A stretch of 64,000 bases of DNA, taken from a virus. Lineage: Duplodnaviria; Heunggongvirae; Uroviricota; Caudoviricetes. Below, one piece after another: positions 50,522-59,968 of the stretch. The stretch is from IMG/VR virus record IMGVR_UViG_3300022918_000010, one strand, 5' to 3'. Position 1 is the stretch's first letter, and each line of letters opens with the position of its first letter. The position numbers were made by a program, and so were the translations under genes. The notes under the pieces were generated by a model. That model was not told the DNA's origin and did no database searches. It saw nothing but the letters and a program-made list of their open reading frames with translations.

Positions 50522-53257
50522 TTATTTACGATCATATTTGTTTTTGTTTTCCTTAGCTACTTGAAGTTGTTTATTAGCAATATCTTTTCTAGCTTGTAAT
50601 TCTTCTTTTTGTATATTTAACTTTTCACGTTCAGTAAGTTGTTTATTAACTTCTTTCTCACGATCAAAATTCATTTGTTCTCTATAGTTATCTTGTTGCT
50701 GTATTAATTTAGCAGCATCAATTTGATCATTTTGACTATTAGAATTCATATCAGATTTATTACTACCAATACTAGTAGTTGCTCTAATTTCTGCAACAAG
50801 TATATCTTTTTGACGATCTTTCTCTTTTTGATCAGCTTCAAATTGTAAAGCCATCATTTTTTGTTTCTCTTGAGATTCAATCTGAGCATTAACATTATCT
50901 TGTTCAGCTTGTTGTTGTTGTTGAATAGCAGCTTGAGCTTTTTCTTCAGCAGATTTCAATACAGTAGTTAATTCAGCTATAGAATCAGCTTTAATTACAT
51001 TACCTAAATCAAATATAGATGCACCAGTAGTATTATTATTAAGAGCTAAACTTCTAAGTTGTTCCATAATAGCTCTTGAGTTATTATTAGTTACAGCATA
51101 TATATTAAAATCTCTCATTAATAATTTTGTACCATTTATCTGGAAATTAACCTTTTCATCAGCAGATGTAATATATTGTAATCTTACAGAAGGTTTGGTA
51201 GAAACATAGTATTGAGCAAGGTCAGTTCTCATTTGATGTACTCTTGGCATTAAGTAATCAGAATGCTGAGTAAAATATACCTCTGTTTGTGCATAAGAAG
51301 CTGTTACAGCTTGTTCTACACCAGTAGCAGTAGTATTACCCAATTGTTGTCCAAGTCTCTGAGGATTGATCCCAATGACCTCAAATGCTTGAGCCTTAAA
51401 GTATGTTGCTAACTGTATCCTAGAAAGTAATCTATTAGTCTGTGAAAGGTCTAAAGCTTGGTAATGTTGAAAGTTTAATGCATTCTCTGTATTAGTAATA
51501 GTAGTATCTAAAGGAAGCATTTGAAAATCTTTCATAGCAACGTAAGCTTTAGCTAAATTACCTTTACCCCAATCTTCTCCCATAGAATGTCTAGGTAAAC
51601 CATTCTGATCAAATACAATTACAGTACCTAATTCATCTACTAATATATCTGCTATTTGATTATTAACTATATTATAACCTATTTGAAATGGTTTCATGCT
51701 ATCTACCATAGCAACAGATTTTGTATTTCTATCACTGAAGACACAACCTTCTACAGGAAGCTTACATCCATATAAACTATTATCTCCTTTAAACTGGAAA
51801 GGTACTCTTGATGGTTTACTATTTCTTATACCTAAATATATAGGATCAAAAGCATTTGAATTATTAGATCCATTCCAATTTGTTGGTCTATTAGCTCCAA
51901 TTTTTACACCACCCCACGTTTCATTTAACCATATCCAATCTATATGTTCACCAAAAATTAAATTATCTTTTGTTTTTGTTTTGTATACATTAGTATTATA
52001 AATTGGTTTATCAGTTACTAGATAATTTTCATCAATAATATCTTGGATCATTTCACCAGATTCAAGTATTTTAGTAAGATGTCCGTACTTCCTTTGAGTT
52101 TTCCAGTATATAGTTGATACACGTAGTAATCCTTTCTTAAAGTGATCATTTTCTGAATCATCATTCATTATCCAATCAACAATATCACCATTTACTGCAC
52201 CTTCACCAAATACAGAGTTATATTGTTTCATCCCTAGTGAATCAGGAATATTAGTATTCCATTCATGTGATTTACTAGCATCATAAAATGATCCATCATT
52301 TTGCACACCCATTGTTGCATAAGGAGCACCAGAAGTTGGATAAATACTTTCTAAAGATTCAAGTTGGGCTTGATTCATTCTATATCCATATTTATCTATA
52401 ACGTCTGATATAGATAACATTTCAATCATACCAACACTATTACCTGCTGATATGTATTTACTTTCAGGAGATTTATTAAAAAAAGTTAATACAGGATTCC
52501 ATATTTCTACTTCATAGTCATCTTCCATCATTTTAAAATGCCAGAATTCTCTATCAGTAATTAACATATCTCTGAATCCAGTTTCTTCTAATTCATCCAT
52601 CTTAAAACGTTCTTTATCAACAGCCATTTGATGTGCTGCCCATTCTTCAGGAACGTTTCTATATGTTTTTTTGAAGTGATCTTCAATCTCAGGTAAACTC
52701 ATAAGAGTTTGTTGAGAAGTCATTTGTTGAGCTTCTTCTGAATCAGGTTCTAAACCCATTTCAATTAACTTAGCTTGTTGCTTCATCATAGCATCTTGCA
52801 ACAATCTCTGAGTTATCATCTCTTTTTTAGCTTCTAACATCTCATTATATGAGGTATCATCAACTGCTCTAAACATTATTTTAGATGCTCTCTTAGAAAA
52901 TTCTGTAGTAAGAACATTTACTACATTAGGTATAATAGGATAAAATTTGAGTTCTAATGCTGAATCATCTTCTTTAGTTAAGATTTCGATCATATCTGCC
53001 ATAGCATTATCATCCTCAACTATATAATCTGATTTCTCTATTATGCCTTTAGCTAATTTATAATTTTTAATTAATCTTCTAGCATTATGTTTTAATTGTC
53101 TAACACCTTGGAGTTCAATAAAATCCATATTACTAGCTCTCCAATCATCATCCTTATCTTTTTCAGAGAGAAATTGAATAGGTTGAGTTAAGTTAGAGAA
53201 TGTATTTTTAGTTACTTTTGCACCAGCTTTTAACTGCATGGCATTTAATATTTGCAT
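50522..53257 (-). CDS. Portal protein
   Basis: 911 aa directly after TerL; LKFYPIIPNVVNVL, PFQIGYNIVNNQI, GINPQRLGQ segments; Q-rich coiled-coil C-terminus. Confidence 0.9.
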   Translation of the reverse strand: MQILNAMQLKAGAKVTKNTFSNLTQPIQFLSEKDKDDDWRASNMDFIELQGVRQLKHNARRLIKNYKLAKGIIEKSDYIVEDDNAMADMIEILTKEDDSALELKFYPIIPNVVNVLTTEFSKRASKIMFRAVDDTSYNEMLEAKKEMITQRLLQDAMMKQQAKLIEMGLEPDSEEAQQMTSQQTLMSLPEIEDHFKKTYRNVPEEWAAHQMAVDKERFKMDELEETGFRDMLITDREFWHFKMMEDDYEVEIWNPVLTFFNKSPESKYISAGNSVGMIEMLSISDVIDKYGYRMNQAQLESLESIYPTSGAPYATMGVQNDGSFYDASKSHEWNTNIPDSLGMKQYNSVFGEGAVNGDIVDWIMNDDSENDHFKKGLLRVSTIYWKTQRKYGHLTKILESGEMIQDIIDENYLVTDKPIYNTNVYKTKTKDNLIFGEHIDWIWLNETWGGVKIGANRPTNWNGSNNSNAFDPIYLGIRNSKPSRVPFQFKGDNSLYGCKLPVEGCVFSDRNTKSVAMVDSMKPFQIGYNIVNNQIADILVDELGTVIVFDQNGLPRHSMGEDWGKGNLAKAYVAMKDFQMLPLDTTITNTENALNFQHYQALDLSQTNRLLSRIQLATYFKAQAFEVIGINPQRLGQQLGNTTATGVEQAVTASYAQTEVYFTQHSDYLMPRVHQMRTDLAQYYVSTKPSVRLQYITSADEKVNFQINGTKLLMRDFNIYAVTNNNSRAIMEQLRSLALNNNTTGASIFDLGNVIKADSIAELTTVLKSAEEKAQAAIQQQQQAEQDNVNAQIESQEKQKMMALQFEADQKEKDRQKDILVAEIRATTSIGSNKSDMNSNSQNDQIDAAKLIQQQDNYREQMNFDREKEVNKQLTEREKLNIQKEELQARKDIANKQLQVAKENKNKYDRK

Positions 53258-53258
53258 A

Positions 53259-55556
53259 TTATCTTAGATTTTTAAAAGCACTTCGTGAAGATTTATGACT
53301 ATTAGGATTAGAATTTGAACCACCTAAATGACGAAAAGGACTCATATTTAATTTACTCATTTTTGATGAATTATACAAATCATCATTTTTAACTTCAATT
53401 CTTTTTTGTATACCTCTATTAGATTGTTGTACTATAGCAAAAGCTACTAATGCAGCAAATGATACAAGTCTATCCACGTTGAGTCCTGGTTGATATTGTG
53501 AACATTCTTCAAGTAACATGGGATCAGGTATTCTTTCTACTCCATAACTTAGTTTACTTATAGTACCATCAATAGTTGTTTCTACATCAAGTTCCTCCTG
53601 GAAAAACTGTATGGCATAAGATATAAGATGGACTTTAAAAAATGTTCCTGTATTCTTCCAACCATATGCTTGATATGTATTAGAGTTAGTAAGATCTTTC
53701 ATAAAGATCATTTGATCTTTTGGTACAAGATATTTCTGTTTTCTTTGAGCTATCATGTATTCAATAAATAGTGATACGTTAACCTCTACAATTGTCCATG
53801 CATTATACCACTCTATAATAGCTTCTAATCTTTGATGTGTTTTCTTTAAGTCATCAAACCTTCCACACCATACAGCTACAATTTTATCTCTTTCTACATA
53901 GTTAGTAAGATTACCATTACCATCATTCTTAACTACTTCTATAGGATTTTTATATACAATTATACTACATAATGAATCACTTGTAGTTGTTTTACCTTCA
54001 CCAACAGGGTCAATAGATGCATAATAAGTTCCCCAAGATGAATTCTCTATAGGTCTTTCGTATACACATATTACACCTTCTTTATCTTCTGTTTTTTTAC
54101 TTACAGGGAATTCTTTAATAGGACCTTTATTAGATTTAATAGCTTTTAATTTACCTTCACTAGTTCTTTCTAGATCTAAGTATTCTACAGGATATTCTCC
54201 ATCAGCTATTCTCTGCTTTTGTTGAGCTATTAAGTGCGGTGGAAATATAGATACTTTACGTGTAGCAAATGCTTCAGCTATATTAGTAGGTGCTTGAGAT
54301 TTACGTAATTGAAACTGCTCTGGAGTAAGGTCTTTCTTTTCTTGAATTCTTTGACGTTGAATAAATTCCAATGATCCCATTTTAGGATCATATTGAGCCA
54401 TATCTAAACCTAACTCAACCCACTTAGTCAATATATCTTTTGCTTGACTTTCTGTAGGAGTGAATACAACTGAATTACCATATCTATCTATAAAAGGTGG
54501 CATACTCCACTGCTCTGGAATAAATAAAGCTGATATACCTAAAGTACCTGAATCATCTAAAAGATTTGTATCTATACCATAAATGTCATTATTATTAGGT
54601 TGTAAGATCATGTTTTTTAATGGTTCACATTGATCTAATTCACCTACTGATCCAGCAGCTATAAATAATCCTGTAGTAATATTACCTGATTTTAATGCTG
54701 GTCTAATATACTCAAATGTAACATCCATCTTAGGAGCAATACCTGCTTCTTCATGGAAGAATATAGATACTGGTCCCCCAACACCATTTGTTGGATCTTT
54801 TTCAAAGGACATACCTGAATAACTTGATTTAAGTCCTTTAAATGTATCTCTACCTCCAACACGAACTTTAATCTGTTGTTGCCAAGTTAATACTTTATCT
54901 GGTTCATTAGGACGATACCAAGCTGTATGTTCATTAAGAAAGTTTCTATATTCATTAAGAAATCTCCATGAGCCTTTCTCGTTGATATAATCTTTCATGG
55001 ATGCACCAATTTTTAATACAGCACCTTCTTCAAACCAATAAAGATTAAGTTGTTTAGCCATATGAAAATATGATGAACCAAACTGTCTTTTCTTTACAAT
55101 GGCAGCATGTTTATAATGTAACTCAGCTAAGAGTTCGTATAATGCCATATGATATTGAGAATCCCATAGATTAGGAAACTTATATTTCTTATCTACTTTA
55201 TCATATATAGGAAGAAAATTTATCCACATATAATAATCTCTGGAGATGTAGTATTCAGTATCTCCATTAGTAACAAATATTCCTTTTCTACACTTTATTT
55301 TCTGATCATCCCAATACTTAATAAAGTCTTTGGTCATCCATGGTGCAGAACAATAAAACCCATTCTTATTGAATAGGTTTCCTTGTTGATTAAATATCTC
55401 TGAACTTTCATCAAAATTATATTCTCCTGGAACTTTAAATAAAGATAAAATCTTAAATTTAAAAACATCTCTAGATGAGAATGTTTGTGTACTCCAAACT
55501 CCAGTACTATAATTATATGATGGTATATTTTCCCATAAAGGGGTATTAACTGTCAT
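53259..55556 (-). CDS. terL: Terminase large subunit
   Basis: Walker A-like KKRQFGSSY, Walker B FFHEEAG, nuclease SIDPVGEGKTTTSDSL and NVDRLV; no intein seen. Confidence 0.95.
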   Translation of the reverse strand: MTVNTPLWENIPSYNYSTGVWSTQTFSSRDVFKFKILSLFKVPGEYNFDESSEIFNQQGNLFNKNGFYCSAPWMTKDFIKYWDDQKIKCRKGIFVTNGDTEYYISRDYYMWINFLPIYDKVDKKYKFPNLWDSQYHMALYELLAELHYKHAAIVKKRQFGSSYFHMAKQLNLYWFEEGAVLKIGASMKDYINEKGSWRFLNEYRNFLNEHTAWYRPNEPDKVLTWQQQIKVRVGGRDTFKGLKSSYSGMSFEKDPTNGVGGPVSIFFHEEAGIAPKMDVTFEYIRPALKSGNITTGLFIAAGSVGELDQCEPLKNMILQPNNNDIYGIDTNLLDDSGTLGISALFIPEQWSMPPFIDRYGNSVVFTPTESQAKDILTKWVELGLDMAQYDPKMGSLEFIQRQRIQEKKDLTPEQFQLRKSQAPTNIAEAFATRKVSIFPPHLIAQQKQRIADGEYPVEYLDLERTSEGKLKAIKSNKGPIKEFPVSKKTEDKEGVICVYERPIENSSWGTYYASIDPVGEGKTTTSDSLCSIIVYKNPIEVVKNDGNGNLTNYVERDKIVAVWCGRFDDLKKTHQRLEAIIEWYNAWTIVEVNVSLFIEYMIAQRKQKYLVPKDQMIFMKDLTNSNTYQAYGWKNTGTFFKVHLISYAIQFFQEELDVETTIDGTISKLSYGVERIPDPMLLEECSQYQPGLNVDRLVSFAALVAFAIVQQSNRGIQKRIEVKNDDLYNSSKMSKLNMSPFRHLGGSNSNPNSHKSSRSAFKNLR

Positions 55557-56058
55557 ATGCTAAACGTTGTGAACCTCTAACTTTAGATTCTTGTTCTTCT
55601 TGTAAATCTTTAAAGACTCCTTTATAAGATTGCCTAATGCTATCAAAACTTTTTGCAACATTTGTTAGCTGAGTTATATTACCATCTCTACCATCTGTTA
55701 TAGAGGTATTAGCCATATATTTTGCAATATTATCCAAAGCTTTTTTAATACCATTATATGCTCTTGATGTTTCAGTCTCATATAATTTTCTACACATATC
55801 CAGTGCATGTATTACATCATCATCCTCTGTAGAAAAGTCTGCTTCTATTTCATCTAAAATTATATCTTCTCTTTCTTCTTCTACAGTATGAAAGAATGGA
55901 TTAAGATCAGGATCAGGACAAGTCATATAGAATAAATATTTGTATACAGTTATATGATTATCTGGATAGTTATCCATTATCCTTCTTAAAAAGTATAAAG
56001 CATAACAATGTTCAGTAGGTACTAATACTTTATTTTGAACATCGAATAGTTTAATCAT
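55546..56058 (-). CDS. Conserved protein upstream of TerL (terminase small subunit candidate)
   Basis: 170 aa helical protein overlapping the terL start; call is positional inference. Confidence 0.45.
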   Translation of the reverse strand: MIKLFDVQNKVLVPTEHCYALYFLRRIMDNYPDNHITVYKYLFYMTCPDPDLNPFFHTVEEEREDIILDEIEADFSTEDDDVIHALDMCRKLYETETSRAYNGIKKALDNIAKYMANTSITDGRDGNITQLTNVAKSFDSIRQSYKGVFKDLQEEQESKVRGSQRLAYDS

Positions 56059-56206
56059 TTGGTTCTGTATAAATACTATTTAGATTATATTGTAAATTTG
56101 TATTAGGTAAAGCAATACTATCTCTTTGTAAGATTAGTACTTCTTCAAAGGTTATATATCCTGATTCATATAATCTATGAATCAATTGTTCTTTATTATC
56201 TGTCAT
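56051..56206 (-). CDS. Hypothetical protein (51 aa)
   Basis: Hand-translated MTDNKEQLIHRLYESGYITFEEVLILQ...; overlaps both neighbours by a few nt. Confidence 0.55.
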   Translation of the reverse strand: MTDNKEQLIHRLYESGYITFEEVLILQRDSIALPNTNLQYNLNSIYTEPND

Positions 56207-56403
56207 AATGCTCTTATATTCTTTTCCACTGTCATTTCAAAATCATAGAAGTGGCATTGTACATCATTATTAGTTACTTGATATGTTAAATGTCCTGGTC
56301 TAACAGTTATTGCTGTTACTATATATGGTCTTTGTTCCATATCAGTTTTCACATATATTGTTTGACCTAATTCAAAATCTGCACTGATTAGCATTGATCC
56401 CAT
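56203..56403 (-). CDS. Small SH3-like hypothetical protein
   Basis: FELGQTIYVKTD...YIVTAITV...TYQV beta pattern. Confidence 0.5.
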   Translation of the reverse strand: MGSMLISADFELGQTIYVKTDMEQRPYIVTAITVRPGHLTYQVTNNDVQCHFYDFEMTVEKNIRAL

Positions 56404-56438
56404 ACTTTTAAAATTTAAATGTCTATACTATAATTTAA

Positions 56439-57263
56439 TCATTTCTTTTTGATCTTAGCTCTATTATCTTTAAGATATGCTAATAGTGTTATAATCTCAG
56501 ACTTCATATATGGTAATTCATGCACTGTTACAGACTCTACAACAGGGTTTCCTTGTTCATCTAGATAAGTTATAGGGTAATCATATTTATCTCTTCCTGC
56601 CTCTTTAAATTTGATATGTTCAATAGCTAATGTTCCTGGTTTTAATTTTGGATTATGCTTTAAAATCATATACATATACAAACTTAGTTGTAAAGCATAA
56701 TGAGTCATATGACAATCTTCAAGATGTTGTAAAGGAGCTTGCATCTTCTGAGCTATTCCCTCCCAATTTATATAACCCCTATGTTTGATTTCTTTATTAG
56801 TCTTATAATCTCTAATATGTACTACATCATAAACAACTTCTATTCTATCTGATTGACCACATACTCCAGCTGATTGTAGATACATAAAATGTTCAGGATA
56901 TATCCCTGTAGTAAGTTTTTGATCAGGTGCATATTTAATACCCTCACTATATGTTGGAATAAATATTGGTAATTCTGTACCTTCCCTCTCTATAGTAGAT
57001 ACTTCACATAGTAATTTTTCTTGTTGATTATGATACCATGTACCAAGATCTGTAGCTCTTTTAGCTTCTTTACTCCATAGAGATAAAATATCAGGTTCAG
57101 ATAAACCATACCATTTACTTTTCTTATTCTTAGAAGATTTAGCAGCTTGATCTGGACTAAATGGTTGTTTAAAAGCACCTATTAATGTAGTTGCAGAAAT
57201 CCAATCTATATCTTCTTCAGGAGATATGTACTCATGCTTTTCTTCGTGGAATTGTAATTTCAT
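56439..57263 (-). CDS. PD-(D/E)xK (Cas4-like) nuclease
   Basis: ISATTLI...GTWYH...GQSDRI...IRDYKT...YALQLSLY motifs. Confidence 0.85.
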   Translation of the reverse strand: MKLQFHEEKHEYISPEEDIDWISATTLIGAFKQPFSPDQAAKSSKNKKSKWYGLSEPDILSLWSKEAKRATDLGTWYHNQQEKLLCEVSTIEREGTELPIFIPTYSEGIKYAPDQKLTTGIYPEHFMYLQSAGVCGQSDRIEVVYDVVHIRDYKTNKEIKHRGYINWEGIAQKMQAPLQHLEDCHMTHYALQLSLYMYMILKHNPKLKPGTLAIEHIKFKEAGRDKYDYPITYLDEQGNPVVESVTVHELPYMKSEIITLLAYLKDNRAKIKKK

Positions 57264-57264
57264 A

Positions 57265-57615
57265 TTATTGACTTAATTTATCTTCTTGTTCTTCACTCAT
57301 AACAGCCTTCCACTTCCCTAATGGACATTCTGTAGACATTGCTCTCAATTTAAATGCTAAAGAACAACCACATTCAGCACAACAAGGTTGAGATCCAGTT
57401 ACCATACATTTATCTCCTACATAATCTATTTTAGGACACATCTCACAAATAGATAATCTAGCTAAAGCTACGTCTTCTACATACGAATCAAACTTAATAA
57501 ACTTAAAGTATAATCCTTGTAGTATAGCTTTTCTATTCTTGAATATCTGAATCAAATTCTTTAATAATTTTTTTATGTTCATATATAAAATCTTTACGTT
57601 GTTTCTCCTCTTCAA
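57265..57615 (-). CDS. Small zinc-binding protein (DUF6171-like)
   Basis: RLSICEMCP...C...CAECGC...ECPLGKW; true start may be the ATG at 57582. Confidence 0.65.
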   Translation of the reverse strand: MKRRNNVKILYMNIKKLLKNLIQIFKNRKAILQGLYFKFIKFDSYVEDVALARLSICEMCPKIDYVGDKCMVTGSQPCCAECGCSLAFKLRAMSTECPLGKWKAVMSEEQEDKLSQ

Positions 57616-57925
57616 CTTGTAACTTAATATTACTAATCATACTCATACGCTCCTCAATAGTAATACCTGATACATATTTAGATTTAATTAGATCTTTATT
57701 TTTAAGTTTAAGATTGGTGCATTTAAGTATTTCTTTTTCTAGTAACCAATGCTTTATATTAAAATCTCCTAAGTTTTCTATATGTACTTTAGGAGAAGAT
57801 AAAGATGTAAGATTCTGCCATACTTCTTTCCAGTAAAGTTTAGTTACAGCTTCTACTAGATTTTGTGATACTGATAAATCATCAGCAACTTCTTCAATAA
57901 GATCTTTTGATTTCCTAGGATTCAA
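57533..57925 (-). CDS. HU/IHF-like DNA-binding protein
   Basis: KDLIEEVADDLSVSQNLVEAV...KVHIENLGDFNIK is an HU/IHF signature. Confidence 0.75.
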   Translation of the reverse strand: MNPRKSKDLIEEVADDLSVSQNLVEAVTKLYWKEVWQNLTSLSSPKVHIENLGDFNIKHWLLEKEILKCTNLKLKNKDLIKSKYVSGITIEERMSMISNIKLQVEEEKQRKDFIYEHKKIIKEFDSDIQE

Positions 57926-58277
57926 CTGCTAAAAATTTATAATCTAATAATATATTACCTAATACTTGTATCTGTAGTTCAGGATGAATAGAAATCTTTT
58001 TCTTACTTCTACCTTCTTTAATTATAAGTTCTTTCTTCTCAGCTTTACTTAAAGCATTCCTTACTGTTTGTGATGATTGAAATATATTTCTATTATGTAC
58101 TTCTGTACAAAAGGTAGTAAGCTCTTGTTCTCCATTGATAGATAGTAGAGTTAAACATTCTAAATCAGAATCACTAACAGTAATTTTCTTTAAGTAACAG
58201 TATGTAAGAATTTGATATTTAACTATATCCCATTTAGACATCTGTACTTTCTTTAATATTTGATTTACTCGTGCCAT
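57915..58277 (-). CDS. Winged-helix-like conserved protein
   Basis: 120 aa; SSQTVRNALSKAEKKELIIK helix-wing pattern. Confidence 0.5.
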   Translation of the reverse strand: MARVNQILKKVQMSKWDIVKYQILTYCYLKKITVSDSDLECLTLLSINGEQELTTFCTEVHNRNIFQSSQTVRNALSKAEKKELIIKEGRSKKKISIHPELQIQVLGNILLDYKFLAVES

Positions 58278-58480
58278 TATTTTATAACTTTGATATCACT
58301 ACCTGAGTATGTAAAAAGAGGAGTACTTACAGTGTGTCCCCATAATTTAGAAGGAACTAAATCACATTGTGGAATTCTATACATACCATTAACAAGCTTA
58401 TTATCTTCTGATAGAGTAAAATTAATTTGTGTTACTTTAACTGGATCTGTTATTAATGCTTCAATATCTGTATTATTCAT
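58277..58480 (-). CDS. Hypothetical protein
   Basis: 67-aa ORF translationally coupled to the next gene (TAATG). Confidence 0.5.
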   Translation of the reverse strand: MNNTDIEALITDPVKVTQINFTLSEDNKLVNGMYRIPQCDLVPSKLWGHTVSTPLFTYSGSDIKVIK

Positions 58481-58503
58481 AAGTGTTGGTTTATTTATAT
58501 ATG

Positions 58504-58574
58504 AGGCAAATACTAGATTCGAACTAGTGTAAACAGTTTTGCAGACTGTCAGTTAACCACTCACCCAATTTGCC
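58504..58574 (-). tRNA. trnC: tRNA-Cys (GCA)
   Basis: Acceptor GGCAAAT/ATTTGCC, anticodon arm ACAGT-CTGCAAA-ACTGT, T loop TTCGAAT, U73; no encoded CCA. Confidence 0.9.
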
Positions 58575-58581
58575 TTATTGA

Positions 58582-58818
58582 TTATTTACTTTGTAATAGA
58601 TAACCTTCTAGTTCCCATACTTTATCTAAAGCTCTTTGTTTAGCATATGGCTTACCTACTTCTAAATTATAGTTAGCTGGATCTACAGCAGCTGATGTTC
58701 CTATAACTTCAAATCCGTTTTTAAGTGTTAATATACATGCCGCTGTTTTAACTCCTAATGTAACATATTCTTCCTTTAGAATAGCATTATTTACATCTTC
58801 AATTGTTACTGTTTTCAT
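58582..58818 (-). CDS. Phage Gp49/Gp66-family protein (N4 gp49 / Sf6 gp66-like)
   Basis: CILTLKNGFEVIGTSAAVDPANY...G...A...A...VWELEGYLLQ family signature. Confidence 0.8.
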   Translation of the reverse strand: MKTVTIEDVNNAILKEEYVTLGVKTAACILTLKNGFEVIGTSAAVDPANYNLEVGKPYAKQRALDKVWELEGYLLQSK

Positions 58819-58831
58819 ATTGTTAGTTTAG

Positions 58832-58904
<73 letters not shown>

Positions 58905-58931
58905 ATAAGAGGGTATTTAAACCCTCTATGT

Positions 58932-59405
58932 TTAATCTTTTACTACTGATAGATTAGATTTAACATCTTCTCTAGCTTCATCTAACTCTGAATCTTTTTC
59001 AGAAGGTGGATCTATTTCATCTTTAACAGCATCATCTTCAAGGGATACTTTATTAGCTAAGTTTAAATTAGTATACACTTCTTTAGGAATACCAATTTCT
59101 TGTCCTACTTTAATACCAGCTTCTTTAATCTCAGGATTAAGATCAATATCTTCTTGTGTAATAGTATGTTTAACTATATTCTCCATTTGAAATTGCTCTT
59201 GAGCTCTTTGAGCTTCCATTTGAGCTTGTTCAAATTGTTGTAATTTATTTACAGCTTCATGTTCTCTTACTTTTAATTCTGCAAATGTTGTATTAAGATT
59301 CTGTAACTCAACTTGAAGTCTTTTTAAAGGCATCAATTGTTTTAATGCATTAACTTGTTCTGCTTGAGTTGGTACTCTTTCTTCCGTATTATTTTGTGGT
59401 TTCAT
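58932..59405 (-). CDS. Hypothetical coiled-coil protein
   Basis: 157 aa, Q/E-rich heptads. Confidence 0.6.
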   Translation of the reverse strand: MKPQNNTEERVPTQAEQVNALKQLMPLKRLQVELQNLNTTFAELKVREHEAVNKLQQFEQAQMEAQRAQEQFQMENIVKHTITQEDIDLNPEIKEAGIKVGQEIGIPKEVYTNLNLANKVSLEDDAVKDEIDPPSEKDSELDEAREDVKSNLSVVKD

Positions 59406-59424
59406 ATTATAATATACTTATTAA
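59404..59424 (-). promoter_or_regulatory. Candidate late promoter motif TTAATAAGTATATTATAATAT
   Basis: Identical 21-mer to 18482-18502; abuts the ATG at 59405. Confidence 0.55.
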
Positions 59425-59497
59425 GTTTAAACATTACAAATTTATTCTAATTATAGATATAAACTAGTAATAGTTATTATAATTTATATTAAGTTAT

Positions 59498-59535
59498 AAA
59501 CAATAAAAGCTAGTATAAATTAATATACTAGCTTT
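59498..59535 (-). terminator. Terminator closing the six-tRNA operon
   Basis: 12-bp stem AAAGCTAGTATA/TATACTAGCTTT followed by TATTGTTT, 6 nt after tRNA-Trp. Confidence 0.75.
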
Positions 59536-59541
59536 ACTATG

Positions 59542-59614
59542 CGCCAGAGGTAGGAGTCGAACCTACTTTCTTTGGGGTTGGAATCCAATGCTTGACCAAT
59601 TAAGCTTCCCTGAC
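59542..59614 (-). tRNA. trnW: tRNA-Trp (CCA)
   Basis: Acceptor GTCAGGG/CTCTGGC, loop TTCCAAC, G73, T loop TTCGACT; A31-C39 mismatch. Confidence 0.85.
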
Positions 59615-59617
59615 AAA

Positions 59618-59689
59618 GGTGTCTAGTCAGATTCAAACTGACCCTAACAAAACCACAATTTGTCGTGCTATCACTAACACTATAGACAC
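59618..59689 (-). tRNA. trnH: tRNA-His (GTG)
   Basis: Acceptor GTGTCTA/TAGACAC, C73, anticodon arm ACAAA-TTGTGGT-TTTGT; atypical T loop TTTGAAT. Confidence 0.85.
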
Positions 59690-59691
59690 AG

Positions 59692-59762
59692 TTGCTCTAA
59701 ATGGAATCAAACCATTTCTAAGAAGACCAAAACTTCTTGTACTATCAATATACTATAGAGCA
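59692..59762 (-). tRNA. trnQ: tRNA-Gln (TTG)
   Basis: Acceptor TGCTCTA/TAGAGCA (U1:A72), anticodon arm AGAAG-TTTTGGT-CTTCT; atypical T loop TTTGATT. Confidence 0.8.
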
Positions 59763-59768
59763 ATATAG

Positions 59769-59842
59769 TATTCAGAACTGGATTTGAACCAGTGACCTAC
59801 AAGGTATAAGCTTGTTGCTCTCACCAACTGAGCTATCTGAAT
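59769..59842 (-). tRNA. trnI: tRNA-Ile (TAT), AUA decoder
   Basis: Acceptor ATTCAGA/TCTGAAT, D arm GCTC-AGTTGGTGA-GAGC, anticodon arm ACAAG-CTTATAC-CTTGT, T loop TTCAAAT. Confidence 0.85.
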
Positions 59843-59847
59843 ATATG

Positions 59848-59919
59848 TGGAACCAATAGGATTCGAACCTATGACCAACTCCTCTTCAGGGAATCACTCT
59901 ACCACTGAGTTACAGTTCC
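59848..59919 (-). tRNA. trnF: tRNA-Phe (GAA)
   Basis: Acceptor GGAACTG/TGGTTCC, loop CTGAAGA, T loop TTCGAAT. Confidence 0.9.
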
Positions 59920-59968
59920 AATTACACTTCCATTCTCGTTCGAATGTTTAGTGTGAACCCATAATCAG

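Noticed and set aside
47232-55556. Inteins or group I introns in MCP, portal or TerL
   Set aside because: The ORFs are uninterrupted, of ordinary length, and show no intein C-terminal HN-C/S/T or LAGLIDADG/HNH motifs.
51696-58532. ORFs 51696-52001 (+), 56990-57178 (-) and 58260-58532 (+)
   Set aside because: They overlap the portal, the nuclease and tRNA-Cys respectively; shadow ORFs.
59921-59958. Hairpin in the Pro-Phe tRNA spacer containing TTCGAA, a possible tRNA remnant
   Set aside because: No acceptor, D or anticodon arm can be built; probably a spacer or processing hairpin.
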